NCBI RefSeq assembly: GCF_006345805.1
Contig: NC_043007.1
Coordinates: 32,922,001-32,986,000 of the forward strand
Source of the DNA: Octopus sinensis
Lineage: Eukaryota
Length of the DNA: 64,000 nucleotides
Direction: 5' to 3'
Part shown: in pieces, positions 12,615 to 25,144 of the stretch
Position numbering within the stretch: the stretch's first letter is position 1
Layout of the letters: each line of letters begins with the position of its first letter
The notes under the pieces: generated by a model
Told to the model about the DNA's origin: nothing
Database searches by the model: none
Seen by the model: only the letters and a program-made list of their open reading frames with translations
Made by a program: the position numbers and the translations under genes

Positions 12615-13250
12615 AGGCGGCGAGCTGGCAGAAACGTTAGCACGCCGGGCGAAATACGTAGCCGTGGGCAGTAAAGAAATAGGTATTTCGTCTGCCGTTA
12701 CGTTCTGAGTTCGAATTCCACCGAGATCGACTTTGCCTTTCATCCTTTCGGGGTCGATAAATTAAGTACCAGTTACGCACTGGGTCGATGTAATCGACTT
12801 AATCCGTTTGTCTGTCCTTGTTTGTCCCCTCTGTGTGTAGCCCCTTGTGGGCAGTAAAGAAATAGGTATTTCGTCTGCCGTTACGTTCTGAGTTCGAATT
12901 CCACCGAGGTCGACTTTGCCTTTCATCCTTTCGGGGTCGATAAATTAAGTACCATTTACGCACTAGGGTCGATGTAATCGACTTAATCCCTTTGTTTGTC
13001 CTTGTTTGACCCCTCAATGTTTAACCCCTTGTGGGCAATAAAGAAATAAGAATTGTTATCGCGATGGACACAATGCTTCGTGACATTTCGTCGGTCTTTA
13101 CGTTTCCAGTTCAAATTCCGCTGAGCGAGACGCTGTTTTTCATCCTTTCGGAGTTGCTAAAATTAGTACCAGTTGAACGCTGGCATTGATGTAATCGGCT
13201 TAGCTCATCACCCGAACTCGCAGACCTTGTGCCAAAATTTGAAACCAATG
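12615..13250 (+). mobile_element. Cluster of SINE family C (head GGCGGCGAGCTGGCAGAAACGTTAGCACGCCGGG) including head-to-tail multimer
   Basis: Repeated core GTCGACTTTGCCTTTCATCCTTTCGGGGTCGATAAATTAAGTACCAG; junctions at about 12681 and 12864 (183-bp spacing). Confidence 0.85.
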
Positions 13251-13399
13251 TGTGTGTGTGTGTGCACGTACATAAAGACCCCTTCTGTCAGGAATGACCA
13301 TGTGATTGCACCTAAAAAGTTACCCTCCGATACACAAGTCCGAGCAAGGTTGTTTATGAAAAACTAGCAGTCACCCATGCATATCAGCTTCTACTCTTC

Positions 13400-13580
13400 A
13401 CACCACAAATGTTATCCAAAGGAAAGGCAAAAGCCGATAGAATTTGGCACCAGTGACGTCGCAACTCATTTCTACAACCGAGTGAACTGGAACAACGTGA
13501 AATAAAGTGTTTTGCTTAATAACAAAACTACAGCCCGGCCTGGGAATCGAACTCACTACCTCATGATTGTGAGCCTGAGT
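13400..13580 (-). mobile_element. SINE fragment with CORE-like central domain
   Basis: GGAACAACGTGAAATAAAGTGTTTTGCTTAA...GGGAATCGAACTCAC is homologous to 29070-29185. Confidence 0.55.
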
Positions 13581-13601
13581 CGTGCGTCTTAGATATTCAC
13601 A

Positions 13602-14412
13602 TATTTTTTTCTGCTCTAGGCACAAGGCCCGAAATTTTGGGGGATGGGACAGTCGATTAAATCGACACCACTATGCAACTGGTACTTAATTTATTGACCC
13701 CGAAAGGATGAAAGGCAAAGTCGACTTCGGCGTAATTTGAACTCAGAACGTTTCAGCCAGCTCCCCGCCTTTTTATAAATATATAAATGGTATATAATCT
13801 TTTCTACTCTAGGCACAAGGCTCGAGATTTTGGGGGAGTGGGCTAATCGATTAGATCGACCCCAGTACGCAACTGGTATTTAATTTATCGGCACCCAAAA
13901 GGATGAAAGGCAAAGTCGACCTCGACAGAATTTGAACGTAAAGACGGATGCAATACGGCAAATCATTTCGCTCAACGTGCTAACGCTTCTCATTTCTTTA
14001 TTGCCCACAAAGGGCTAAACATAGAGGGAACAAACAAGGACAGACAAAGGGATTAGGTCGATTACATCGACCCCAGTGCGTAAATGGTACTTAATTTATC
14101 GATCCCGAATGATGAAAGGCAAAGTCGACTTCGGCGGAATTTGAACTCACAACGTAGCGGCAGACGAAATACCTATTTCTATTTCTTTACTACCCACAAG
14201 GGGCTAAACATAGAGGGGACAAACAAGGACAGACAAACGGATTATGTCGATTACATCGACCCCGGTGCGTTACTGATACTTAATTTATCGACCCCGAAAG
14301 GATGAAAGGCAAAGTCGACCTCGACGGAATTTGAACTCAGAACGTAACGGCAGACGAAATACGGCTACGCATTTCGCCCGACGTGCTAACGTTTCTGCCA
14401 GCTCGCCGCCTT
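13602..14412 (-). mobile_element. Cluster of four SINE family C units with two tail types
   Basis: Units at about 13602-13770, 13797-13990, 13991-14173 and 14174-14412; GATATTCACA repeated at 13592-13601 and 14415-14424. Confidence 0.85.
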
Positions 14413-14566
14413 TCGATATTCACAATACTAGTAGAAGAAAATGTGACCCACGGCCTTATTGTTAAACTCGGAAAGGACGAAAGTCAAGCTTGATCTCAAT
14501 GAGGTTTTTATCCTGGTAGGTGTCGAGCCCAAACAAATATTACATCTTTTTACAAATATCACATAA

Positions 14567-14797
14567 GGCGGCGAGCTGGCAGAAACGTTAGCACGCCGGG
14601 CGAAATGCGTAGCCGTATTTCGTCTGCCGTTACGTTCTGGGTTCAAATTCCGCTGAGGTCGACTTTGCCTTTAATCCTTTCGGGGTCGATAAATTAAGTA
14701 CCAGTTACGCACTGGAGTCGATGTAATCGACTTAACCCGTTTGTCTGTCCTTGTTTGTCCCCTCTGTGTTTAGCCCCTTGTGGGTAGTAACGAAATA
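14567..14797 (+). mobile_element. SINE family C, full length with TSD
   Basis: Complete head to tail; AAATATTACATCTTTTT present on both sides. Confidence 0.9.
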
Positions 14798-16267
14798 AAT
14801 ATTACATCTTTTTTTCCCGTCAGATTCTTTAACTTCATAACATTTCTGTCGACTCTCTTCATTAGTAAAGGTTTAATAAAAATCAAAACAGACTCGTCTG
14901 GCCAGACTGTTAACCACAGTTTGATATAACGCATATCGTATAATTATATGACTTCTGTGTTACAGTGTATGTTGCACTCATTTTGTGCTATCACTTCTTT
15001 TCTTCGTGTTATTGTTTGTAATGGAAGTGTGTTCACAGTGAACGTATAATAAATATAATTAATTACTACATTATTTTAAGCCACTAACCTTTTGTGAACA
15101 CATTAATTTCTTGTGCAAATAGTAATTTATTTCAGCAACAGATTACAGAACGTGTGGGCGCGCTCAAACGCCCACAGGTCAGAAGAAACAATGTACAGGG
15201 TGTTTTCGTTTGTCCAACATATCTGCGCCATTATTTCCTCTCTCTGAAATTTGAACAGAAGAAAACCTACACACACACACACACACACACACACATACGT
15301 ACATACACACACACACAAACGCACATACACACATACACACACACATATATAAAGAAGCATATATAAATGAATGTAAAATCACGATAAGTAGATTTTTTCA
15401 CAAGAACATTATCATCCATTTTCATACATTTTTCACCAACCATGCAACTCTCCCGTGAAATAATAGAATTAGGAAAATAAAAAATTAATGAAAATAATAC
15501 CAAAAAAATAATAAACGAAAGGAAGGGAAAAATCAAGTGAATGATGATGACGCGAAAAATATATATATATAGCTTACATGTGACCATTATTAGCTAATTC
15601 TCTATAGGTTCCCTACAGCGATTTCTCGTTTCAGAATTATTACATTTAAACATCGATTTAAAATAAAAATAGACCGCTAAAATGTACATCCTAATATATA
15701 TGAAATTAAAATCTAAATACACCATGAGTTGTCAGAGCATTGCTAACAGAAAAAAAATCAGTTTTACTGCCCACTGCATGTTAAAATTTGTGGTTGGCTG
15801 TCTTACAATCGCACTTTTTGTTGTTTTTTTTTTTACCAGAATCAGACATTGAAATAATGATTGTTTTGAAAATTAAGAGTGTAATTTAAATTAATTAAAA
15901 TTTATTGGTTAATTCACATCAAATATGTTGATGCCTTGTTATGTTTTCATGCAGTTTTAAGCTTTAACACATCTTAAGCTTTTTTTTTCAAATAGGGAAA
16001 GGCACATTAAAATCGTAGTTCCTGATATAAAAACAAACGAGAGTCACACTTTGAAATTCTTTTAACGTGGGCGTCATTGATCACTGCAAACATGCTGCTA
16101 AAGAACAACAACAACAAAAACAAAAACAACAACAACAACAACAACTCTCTCTGAAATTATACACTAATATACCACAGCTTCGTGTGTGTATGTGTGTGCG
16201 TGTGTGTGTTCGTGTGTGTGCGTGTGTGTGTGTGCATGTGTATGTATATATATATATATATATATAG

Positions 16268-17103
16268 TTTGGTGCATGCGCAGTGTTTGTTCTTGATTTT
16301 GTCGACTACACAGTATCTGTTTCTTTATTGCCCACAAGGGGCTAAACATAGAGGGGACAAACAAGGACAGACAAACGGATTAAGTCGATTACATCGCCCC
16401 CAGTGCGTAAGTGGTACTTAATTTATCGATCCCGAAAGGATGAAAGGCAAAGTCGACCTCGGCGGAATTTGAACTCAGAACGCAACGAAGACGCAATACC
16501 GCTAAGCATTTCGCCCGGTGTGTTAACGTTTCTGCCAGCTCGCCGCCACAGTATCGTAGGCTCAGTTGGGCACCGTCTGTAAGGAAAACACCACCATGAC
16601 GAAATTTGGAAAAGACATGCTATGCTGCTTGGCATTCGCACAGGAATCTGCAATACGAACATGTCTGGCAACAGGACTCTACACCATGCCACACAAGCAG
16701 GAGAACCTAGTCATGGCTGTCAGACAATTTCTGCGACCACCTCACCCCTAACATCTAGCCACCTAACTGCCCAGATTCCAACCCCCTTGACAATTACGTG
16801 TCGGCCGTCGTTGAACGAGAGACTGACAAAACTCCTTGTAACACCAAAGATGAAATGAAGGCAGGGATTATCGCAGCATTCATCAACTTAAACATGGAGA
16901 CCGTCCAGCGGAGAAGCAGAAGATTCCGAAGTCATCTGGAGGCCGTGATTGAAGCAAATTGTGATTTTATTGAATAAAATTTCTCTTTAGCATTTCAAGA
17001 TAATTTTATGTAATTTTGGTAAATATATCTGTTATAATGAGATGTTAGTGTTATTTTAAATTTTGCGTAATTTAGATGACAATATATTCACCACACCTTG
17101 TAT
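16268..17103 (+). mobile_element. Internally deleted maT/DD37D-like Tc1/mariner element
   Basis: 16750-16975 translates to PPNCPDSNPLDNYVSAVVERETDK...FINLNMETVQRRSRRFRSHLEAVIEANCDFIE* with frameshift; TIR-like end ...TTCACCACACCTTGTATA. Confidence 0.75.
16319..16549 (-). mobile_element. SINE family C inserted into the maT element
   Basis: Full copy flanked by direct repeat (C)ACAGTATC; empty site visible in the paralogous element near 6125-6140. Confidence 0.9.
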
Positions 17104-17105
17104 AT

Positions 17106-17165
<60 letters not shown>

Positions 17166-17187
17166 TGTATGTATGTATGTATGTATA

Positions 17188-17553
17188 GGCGCAGGAGTGG
17201 CTGTGTGGTAAGTAGCTTGTTTACCAACCACATGGTTCCGGGTTCAGTACCACTGAGTGACACCTTGTGAGTGGATTTGGTAGGCGGAAACTGAAAGAAG
17301 CCCGTCGTATATATGTATATATATGCATGTGTGTGTTTGTGTGTCTGTGTTTGTCCCCCTAGCATTGCTTGACAACCAATGCTGGTGTGTTTATGTCCTC
17401 GTTACTTAGCAGTTCGGCAAAAGAGACCGATAGAATAAGTACTGGGCTTACAAAAGAATAAGTCCCGGGTTGCTCGATTAAAAAAAAAAAAAAAGGCGGT
17501 GCTCCAGCATGGCCGCAGTCAAAATGACTGAAACAAGTAAAAGAGTAAAAGAG
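17188..17553 (+). mobile_element. SINE family A (small internal deletion)
   Basis: Starts GGCGCAGGAGTGGCTGTGTGGTAAGTAGC, ends AAACAAGTAAAAGAGTAAAAGAG. Confidence 0.9.
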
Positions 17554-17582
17554 AGTATGTATATATGTATATATATACGTGA

Positions 17583-17893
17583 AAGCGCTTGGCATAGTGG
17601 TTAGGGAATTCGGATCACGATCGTGAGTTCAATTCCCGGTGACGCGTTGTGTCCTTGAGCAAGGCATTTTACTTGACGTTACTCCAGTCCACCCAGCTGG
17701 CAAAAATGAGTTGTACCTGTATTTCAAAGGCCCGGCCTTTTCACGCTCTGTGTCACACTGAATCTTCCTGAGAAGTGCTTAAGGGTGCACGTGTCTGTGC
17801 AGTTCTCAGCCACTTGCGCATTAATTTCATGAGCAAGGTGTTCCGTTCATCGTATCAGTTGAGACGCTCGTCGCTGTAACCGACGGAGTGCTC
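17583..17893 (+). mobile_element. tRNA-derived SINE with CORE-like domain (GTGTCCTTGAGCAAGGC) and type 1 tail
   Basis: A/B-box-like head; 3' half aligns with the 35573 copy. Confidence 0.7.
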
Positions 17894-17923
17894 CTTTATA
17901 TATATAATTATGACGATACACTT

Positions 17924-17980
<57 letters not shown>

Positions 17981-17984
17981 ACGG

Positions 17985-18190
17985 AAGCTTTATGAAAATA
18001 AACAAAAGACGAAGGCAGGTGGAAAACAAACGAACAATTGTATTAGTATGGCGCTCAGGAAATATAAATAAAACAAGTCTTTAACGTTTCGAGCCTACGC
18101 TCTTCAACAGAAAGATACACACAGAGAGAAAAACACAGAAAGAAGGAGAGAAAAAAAATGCGTGCAGTAGCTAACGAATCAACATGGCGA
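17985..18190 (-). mobile_element. Short dispersed repeat, family H1, with hammerhead-like motif at 18078-18115
   Basis: Minus strand TCTTT-CTGTTGAA-GAGC-GTAG-GCTC-GAAAC-GTT-AAAGA: perfect 5-bp stem I and 4-bp stem II. Confidence 0.7.
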
Positions 18191-18390
18191 TATATATATA
18201 TATATATATATATACGCACACACGAGCGCATATATATATGACTTAATTTTCCTCTCACACCGTCTCCGATCAAGGGATATTATTAATTAATATCCTAGAA
18301 ACAGCTGTAAGAGCTATCTATAAATACTTAAATATCTATACAGCCTTGGTTTTTCATCTTATGACACAAAAAATTCTTATATATTTATAC

Positions 18391-18421
<31 letters not shown>

Positions 18422-18451
18422 TAGATAGATAGATACATATATATATGTATG

Positions 18452-18483
<32 letters not shown>

Positions 18484-20479
18484 ATATATATATATATATG
18501 TATATATATATACATATACATATACATATACATATATAGATATATATATGTATTTATGTATGCATGTACGCGTTTGCAAAGAGAGAGACAGATAGACAGA
18601 CACAAAAGCAGAGACTGAGGCAGAGAGACACATAGCTATATTGGATATAGAATTTGCCTATCAGTAATTTTATATATATATATATATGAGCAAAAACGTT
18701 AATTCTAAAATCTCTCCAGGAGATCAACGTAGTGTAACTGTACTGACAATTAATATTCGTAGCCACTTTAACATGGCTGTCCGTTCGAGCGAACTCTACT
18801 GCGATTTTATATGTATATGTGTGTATGTGTATGTATGTGTGTGTGCGGGCGTATGTGAGTGTCCACAAATACATATATTAATTAAGTGAAATATAGCACA
18901 GTATCAGTGCCGAGGGTTTCTATATAAGTAAGCACAAAGCTTTTTGAGGCTCTTAATACAGTTGCCTGTGTCCGTGTGTTTTTGCGATTGTTTGTTCGCC
19001 GTAGGATGGCCATTGTTTGAAGACGCTTCATAATAACGTCCTAAAATGTATTAAATGTCTATGCATGTGAGTAGTGATTATATACCTATGGCAGTGAGGA
19101 CCATAAAGGTTGGAGCGTGTTGTAGCATTAAGTTGTTTGCATTGCATTGCATGTCGATGAGGTCATCTCTTGTAAGTAACTTTATTTCGTTTTATTGAGT
19201 AGGTGGTGAATCGGTGTTATTTGCGTGTTGCCAGTTATATTTCAGCAATGTTTAATTACAGTATCTTATGTGTACTTCTTTCTTACATGCCATTAAAGAA
19301 ACTGAAAGCATCTTACACATAAAATGGCTGTAGAAATTATGAAAACAGTTATGAAAGCAACAATGAATATAGAAACAGGGAGTGACATTGACATGGGGAA
19401 CAGAAATAAAATGATATAAAATATAATAAAAGGAAGAACAAGAAAAGCACGTTTATTTTGAGGTAGTTGAACTATTGTTCATAGTTCACACGGACCTTTC
19501 GGTTTTACGGTCATTAATAACATAGAATAGATCCGGCAAACATTCGCGAAGAATATTGATTCTTTTCAATAGATAAGCTATCCTGTGTGGCCAAAAGCTT
19601 TGCTTCGCAGGGGAAATAAGTGAAGAATACATACGATAATTTGCATCTGAAGAAAAGGGAAGTAAAGATAGAAACTATGAAGGAGCTACCTTAGAAGGAT
19701 TGGTATTAAGAGTAAAAAAGTATAAAAATCCATGCAATGAATGCCGTTTTAAAGATGGTCGATTGACCCTTTAGAATTAGCAAACAAATAAATCTCTGAA
19801 ATCAATAACACCGAACTTCACTACAGATAATGTCTAACAAAAAGGAAGGAATAAAAAATGAAGTAAACGGTCATAATACTCTTCTGTTTGTCGCTATGTA
19901 AGCTGGAGTGTTACACTTTTAACAGTCTTGAATATGGAAAGCAATCGGAGACAAAATCGAAACCTTTAACATAATGAAACAAATTCGAGTAGTGTACACG
20001 TTCAACAACGTTAAGTGTTGAGCGAAATCGAAGACATAATCGAAGTTTTTAACATAATGAAACAATGTTATGACGATCAATAAATTTATGCATCAAAATT
20101 GAAATAAGAACGTTTATAAAATGTAGAACATCCACGTGACCTTCAAGTAATTATAATCTTATTGTTGCTAATAATAATCGTATAAATGATTTAAGATAAA
20201 TTTAGATAAACGTTGATGTATATTCCTCTCTTTACACAAAATGTGAATAGTAAAATCGTCCATATCGATCTTAGATAGATATAATTGTAATAATGAAGAA
20301 GATGGGCCTGAAGCAGATCAAATTAAGAGCTTCGGAAGCAATCAGCAATACAGCGTTGAGGATAATACGATTAGAAAGAAAAATAATACAAGTTAAAGAG
20401 AAGTAAATAGCAGGCAAGTGTGACAGCACTGTACTTGAGATAAAAGATAGCAGCACAAAAGTTGTATTTGAGGGATTAA

Positions 20480-20965
20480 CTAACTGTCCGCTCAGTCGAA
20501 GTCGACTCTGGGTTACTCGATGGATCAGTGTTCTCCGGCTAGTTCTATCCTGGGTCGCTTCTTTCGGATTAGCCATGGCCATTTCCGTGTCACCGTTGAT
20601 GGTGCCAAGCCAGCGGATTCTTGGTCGGCCTCTTCCTCTCTTGCCATTGACCATTCTGAGCATGATGTCTTTCTCCAGGGATTTTCTCCGCATGATATGA
20701 CCAAAATATGCCAATCTATGCTTGGTGATCTTAGCTTCTAGCGAGAGTTTCGGCTTGATCTGGTTTAAAATTTTCCCATTGGTGAGCCTCGATGTCCATG
20801 GAATCTGTAGAAGTCTTCTCCAACACCAAAGCTCGAATGCATTAATTCTCATCTGGTCAGCTTTTTTTAGTGTTCAGGTCTCGCATCCATATGTTGCTAT
20901 TGGGAAGACGATAGCTTTCACCAATCTGCATTTGGTAGCGAGGTTGATGTCGCCACTCTCCCAGA
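20480..20965 (-). mobile_element. RTE (BovB-like) LINE, 3' end of ORF
   Basis: RINAFELWCWRRLLQIPWT...RLAYFGHIMRRKSLEKDIML...GKRGRGRPRIRW, typical RTE C-terminus. Confidence 0.9.
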
Positions 20966-21049
20966 CCTTTGAGGTATAAAATTGCTAATAAAAACGAATC
21001 AATACATGGTTGTTGTCATTGATGACATGAAAAAAGAAAAGGCATTGTC

Positions 21050-21392
21050 TCCTCACAGATGAAATTACTATCGTCAGAAAATGGACTAAATATTGCAAAG
21101 AACTATTCAACTATAAAGTCAGTCATAACACCAACATCTTGGACAATGCCACCAATAATAACAGAGAACTTGGGAGTGCTCTAATATTTCAAGAGGATGC
21201 CGAAGTGTCGGTGTATACACTCAAACAAAGAAAAATCACCAGGTGTAGATACCAACTCAGTAGAGCTCCTGAATCACGGGCAGCCAAACGTTATCGAGGC
21301 AGTGACTGCAATCTATCAGGAGATATGGACAACAAATCGCCAAATGAATCGATACAACTTCTACGAATTCTACGCACCACTTAATCTCTGCC
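21050..21392 (+). mobile_element. RTE LINE fragment, region before the RT domain
   Basis: QKWTKYCKELFN...EDAEVSVYTLKQRK(SPGVD)...ELLNHGQPNVIEAVTAIYQEIWTT resembles W.EY..EL...K.PG.D.I..ELL. Confidence 0.6.
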
Positions 21393-21404
21393 ACTAGCTT
21401 GACT

Positions 21405-21717
21405 GTGGAGGCGCAATGGCCCAGTGGTTAGGGCAGCGGACTCGCGGTTGGAGGATCGCGGTTGGAGGATCGCGGTTGGAGGATCGCGGTTTCGATTCCC
21501 AGACCGGGCGTTGTGTGTTTATTGAGCGGAAACACATAAAGCTCCACGAGGCTCCGGAAGAGGGTGGTGGCGACCTCTGTTGTACTCTTTCGCCCCAACT
21601 TTCTCTCACTCTTTCTTCCTGTTTCTTGAGTAACGCTACGATGGAGAAAACCGGAAAAACGGGAAGCCGGGTCCATGAGCCTGGCTAGGCTTGATGGGCG
21701 CATAAATAACTAAATAA
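21405..21717 (+). mobile_element. SINE family B, tail type 3, with triplicated GGAGGATCGCGGTT
   Basis: Family B head; tail AAACCGGGAAAC..GAGCCTGGCTAGGCTTGA; near-TSD ACTAG(CT/TC)TGACT. Confidence 0.85.
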
Positions 21718-22150
21718 ACTAGTCTGACTAGCCGCACTAGTAACATACTGCTGAGAGTTAGTATAAATACAATTTTATGAAAGGTGGAAGAAATTCTAGC
21801 AAAAGAGCATGTTGATTTCAGATTAAAGTATTGAAGTACATGAGGTCAAAGTTTAATATCCTAATGCTGATTGGGAAACATCTTTATAATAATTGCAGCT
21901 TCTGCTACAACGTCATGGACTTCAAGTATATATATATATATAATTAAATAATAAGGGTAGAAATTGATGTTAATCAATTAAAACCAGTAGCTTAGTATAT
22001 TTAAAAAATCCGAAGATTAAAATTTGTGATACATATTCTTCGTGGTAATGGCTATTTGACGTCTATGTTTAGCATATAGGGTTTCCACTTTACTGGTCAT
22101 TCCTCTAAAGTTGTATATATATATATATATACACATATATATATATATAT

Positions 22151-22241
<91 letters not shown>

Positions 22242-22920
22242 ACCTTTGACTATGGCATGAGGGTTTGTTGCAATTCATGAGAGATATTATGTTATTCAAG
22301 CTATTGAACCGCGGTGCTGTCAGAATTATATTGAGAACATGTTTATGCTATTGAGAACAAGCATATTAAGAATAAACATGTTGACAATACTGAGAATATC
22401 CATCCATCCATCCATCCATCCAACAAGCTAGCCAGCCAGCCAGCCAGCCACGCATGCGTACGTATGTGTGTGAGTGTGTGCATGTGTGTGTGCATTTGTT
22501 TATATGTATGTGTGCGCGTGTATTGCTGACGTCATAAGAATTTATATGATTTTCTGACTTTCAAGTTATCATGGAATAATTCTTTATTAAAATGCTGGAT
22601 CTTGAAGCAGATGAGCTGCAAGCAATAGCTTGTAAATATTCGCTTACAAAGGAAAAAAAAAGAAAAAGACGCCTTTTTTTATCTCCAAAGTTTTTAAAGC
22701 AAATATTTAGAAGCCATTGTTTATACCTTATCTGCCTCAAGATTTAACGTTACAAGAAAAGAAATATATGTATGAATGCATGTGTGTGTGTGAGACAGTA
22801 TGTTTGTGTGTGTATGTGTTTATGTGTGTATGTGTCTGTATATGTGTGCGCATGTGTAATTATGTATATGCAAACGTATGTGTATATACTCTTACATACA
22901 TATATAAATATATAAACATG

Positions 22921-23530
22921 ATGGTAAATGTTTTTTATTCTTCATTCCCTTCGAAATTTTATCCCTAATAGCAGTTTGGAATTTAACTATTCTCTCTAGC
23001 GTGCAAGGAATCAAATGATGGATGCTTCTTATGTGTCTAAATGTACACTATATTTATGTGAATAATATATAGTCTATTGATTAAATTCTTACACGCTAGA
23101 CCACTGGTAGTGGAAATTTTTTATATTTCTGATTACCATTTGATATTACTAATTATTGATAATCTTGTTCTGGATAATTTTCGAATTGAAAAGCCGGCAT
23201 TTTTATTTATTGCCGACAAGGAGCTGCGCTTGCGCGGTAGATTTGAAAATTTAGAAAGTATAAGCACGGGGCATATACTGGATTGCCTTGTGTATATATA
23301 TTTAATCTAAGATGTACCTGCTGAAGAAGACTTCGCCTAGCAAATTATTTTATTTTCTAAAAAAAAACGTCTGAAACCATTGATCCAGGTGTTAGAAAGT
23401 AAATGTTTTTATTTTTCCTTCCCTTCGAAATTTTATCCTTAATAGTGGTTTGGAATTTAACTGTACTCTCTAGCGTGCAAGGAGTCCTATGATGGATGCC
23501 GCTTATGTGTTTAAATGTACACTGTGTTTG
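22921..23530 (+). mobile_element. Family H2 partial-tandem repeat (period about 476 bp), Penelope pLTR/retrozyme-like
   Basis: GTAAATGTTTT...CCCTTCGAAATTTTATCC...AAATGTACACT occurs at about 22924-23051 and 23399-23523; homologous to 2152-2457. Confidence 0.7.
23316..23390 (+). ncRNA. Type I hammerhead ribozyme motif
   Basis: ACCTG-CTGAAGA-AGAC..GTCT-GAAAC-CATTG-ATC-CAGGT: intact CUGANGA and GAAA core, 5-bp stem I, long-loop stem II; one mismatch in stem III. Confidence 0.65.
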
Positions 23531-24201
23531 TGTAAATATATAAACATGTATATACATGTGTATGTGTGTGTATGTATATATATATATGCACAAACACATA
23601 CTCATAGATACACACAGACATATGTGTATATGTGTGTGTGTAAGTATGTATATATTTTGATGTGGTATTCGTCGTTGTCCAATAACAAGTCATTGGCTTT
23701 CATGAATCGTTTCGCCTTGTTCCCTTGGAAAGAAGCCAAGAAAACCTGCTTTGCTGGAGACGCTTATTGAGACAGAAACACATATCATGCTATTGCTTTC
23801 TCACCAGACAGAATGTTTTTCGCTCTGTGACAGCTAATTTTATGGAGAATTCGTCAATCTTGCGATTGTCACTCTTTCCCATTTCGAGTTGGTCCCAATA
23901 CCTATGAAGACAATGTTTAGTGTTATTTTCTAAGCACTAACTTTGACGCTTCAGTAACAGTAACTTGCTGACATAGTTTGAAAAAGCCACCATTCGGAGA
24001 AACTACTTATTGACTGCCAAGAGTATACAGAAATATTAGATGCTACACATGTATTTGGTTTTTATGCAGTCGACGCTGGTTTGCCATTGTGTAATAAAAA
24101 CACTTATTTTTAACGTTACATTTATAATGCACACGATGTGTATGTGTGTATGCATTTGAGTGTTTATATATATGTGTGTATATGTATATATACACATACA
24201 G

Positions 24202-24285
<84 letters not shown>

Positions 24286-24394
24286 GTCAGAATGCGATAA
24301 AATAAAATATATATATGTATATATATATATATATATATGTCTATAAATATATATATATACATATCTATCCATCTATATACACACATATATATAT

Positions 24395-24426
<32 letters not shown>

Positions 24427-24494
24427 CATATACATATACATATACATATATATGTATATATATATATGTATATATCTATCTATCTATCTATTTA

Positions 24495-24535
<41 letters not shown>

Positions 24536-24605
24536 TTCTGTCTGTCTGTATGTCTCTGTCGCTGTCCCTGTCTCTGTCTCTTCCGCCCCCTCTCTCTCTC
24601 TCTCC

Positions 24606-24640
<35 letters not shown>

Positions 24641-25144
24641 ATATTCTATATATTAGTTGATATTTTTTTCATTTCCTTCTTCCCCGTGTTCTCATGTTAC
24701 GCATAATGGAATAAATTGACGCGGAAAAAATTATCAAGATACTTAGTAGAATGCTATCTGCTTCCAGCTAGAAATTTTTGCGAATCTGTAAAATATAATA
24801 TGACTTGCAGTTCAAGACAGGCCATTATTTATGCCATTTATTGCTTTAGGTTCTCATCACACAAGCAATTTAGCAATTAAGTGCCGAAAGAGAAAATGTG
24901 AATATTAACAGAAATATACACGTATATTCACACACATACACACTTACATACACGTATACACTCAGATATAATCTATATATATATATACATATGCGCGTGT
25001 CCGTGCATATAAAAATGCGTGTACCTATATATATATATATATCAGTGCGTGTATACCTGTATAAATATATAATTATATATATGTGTGTGTATATGGACAT
25101 GTGTGAAAATATAATTATATATATATATATGTATATAAAAATTC

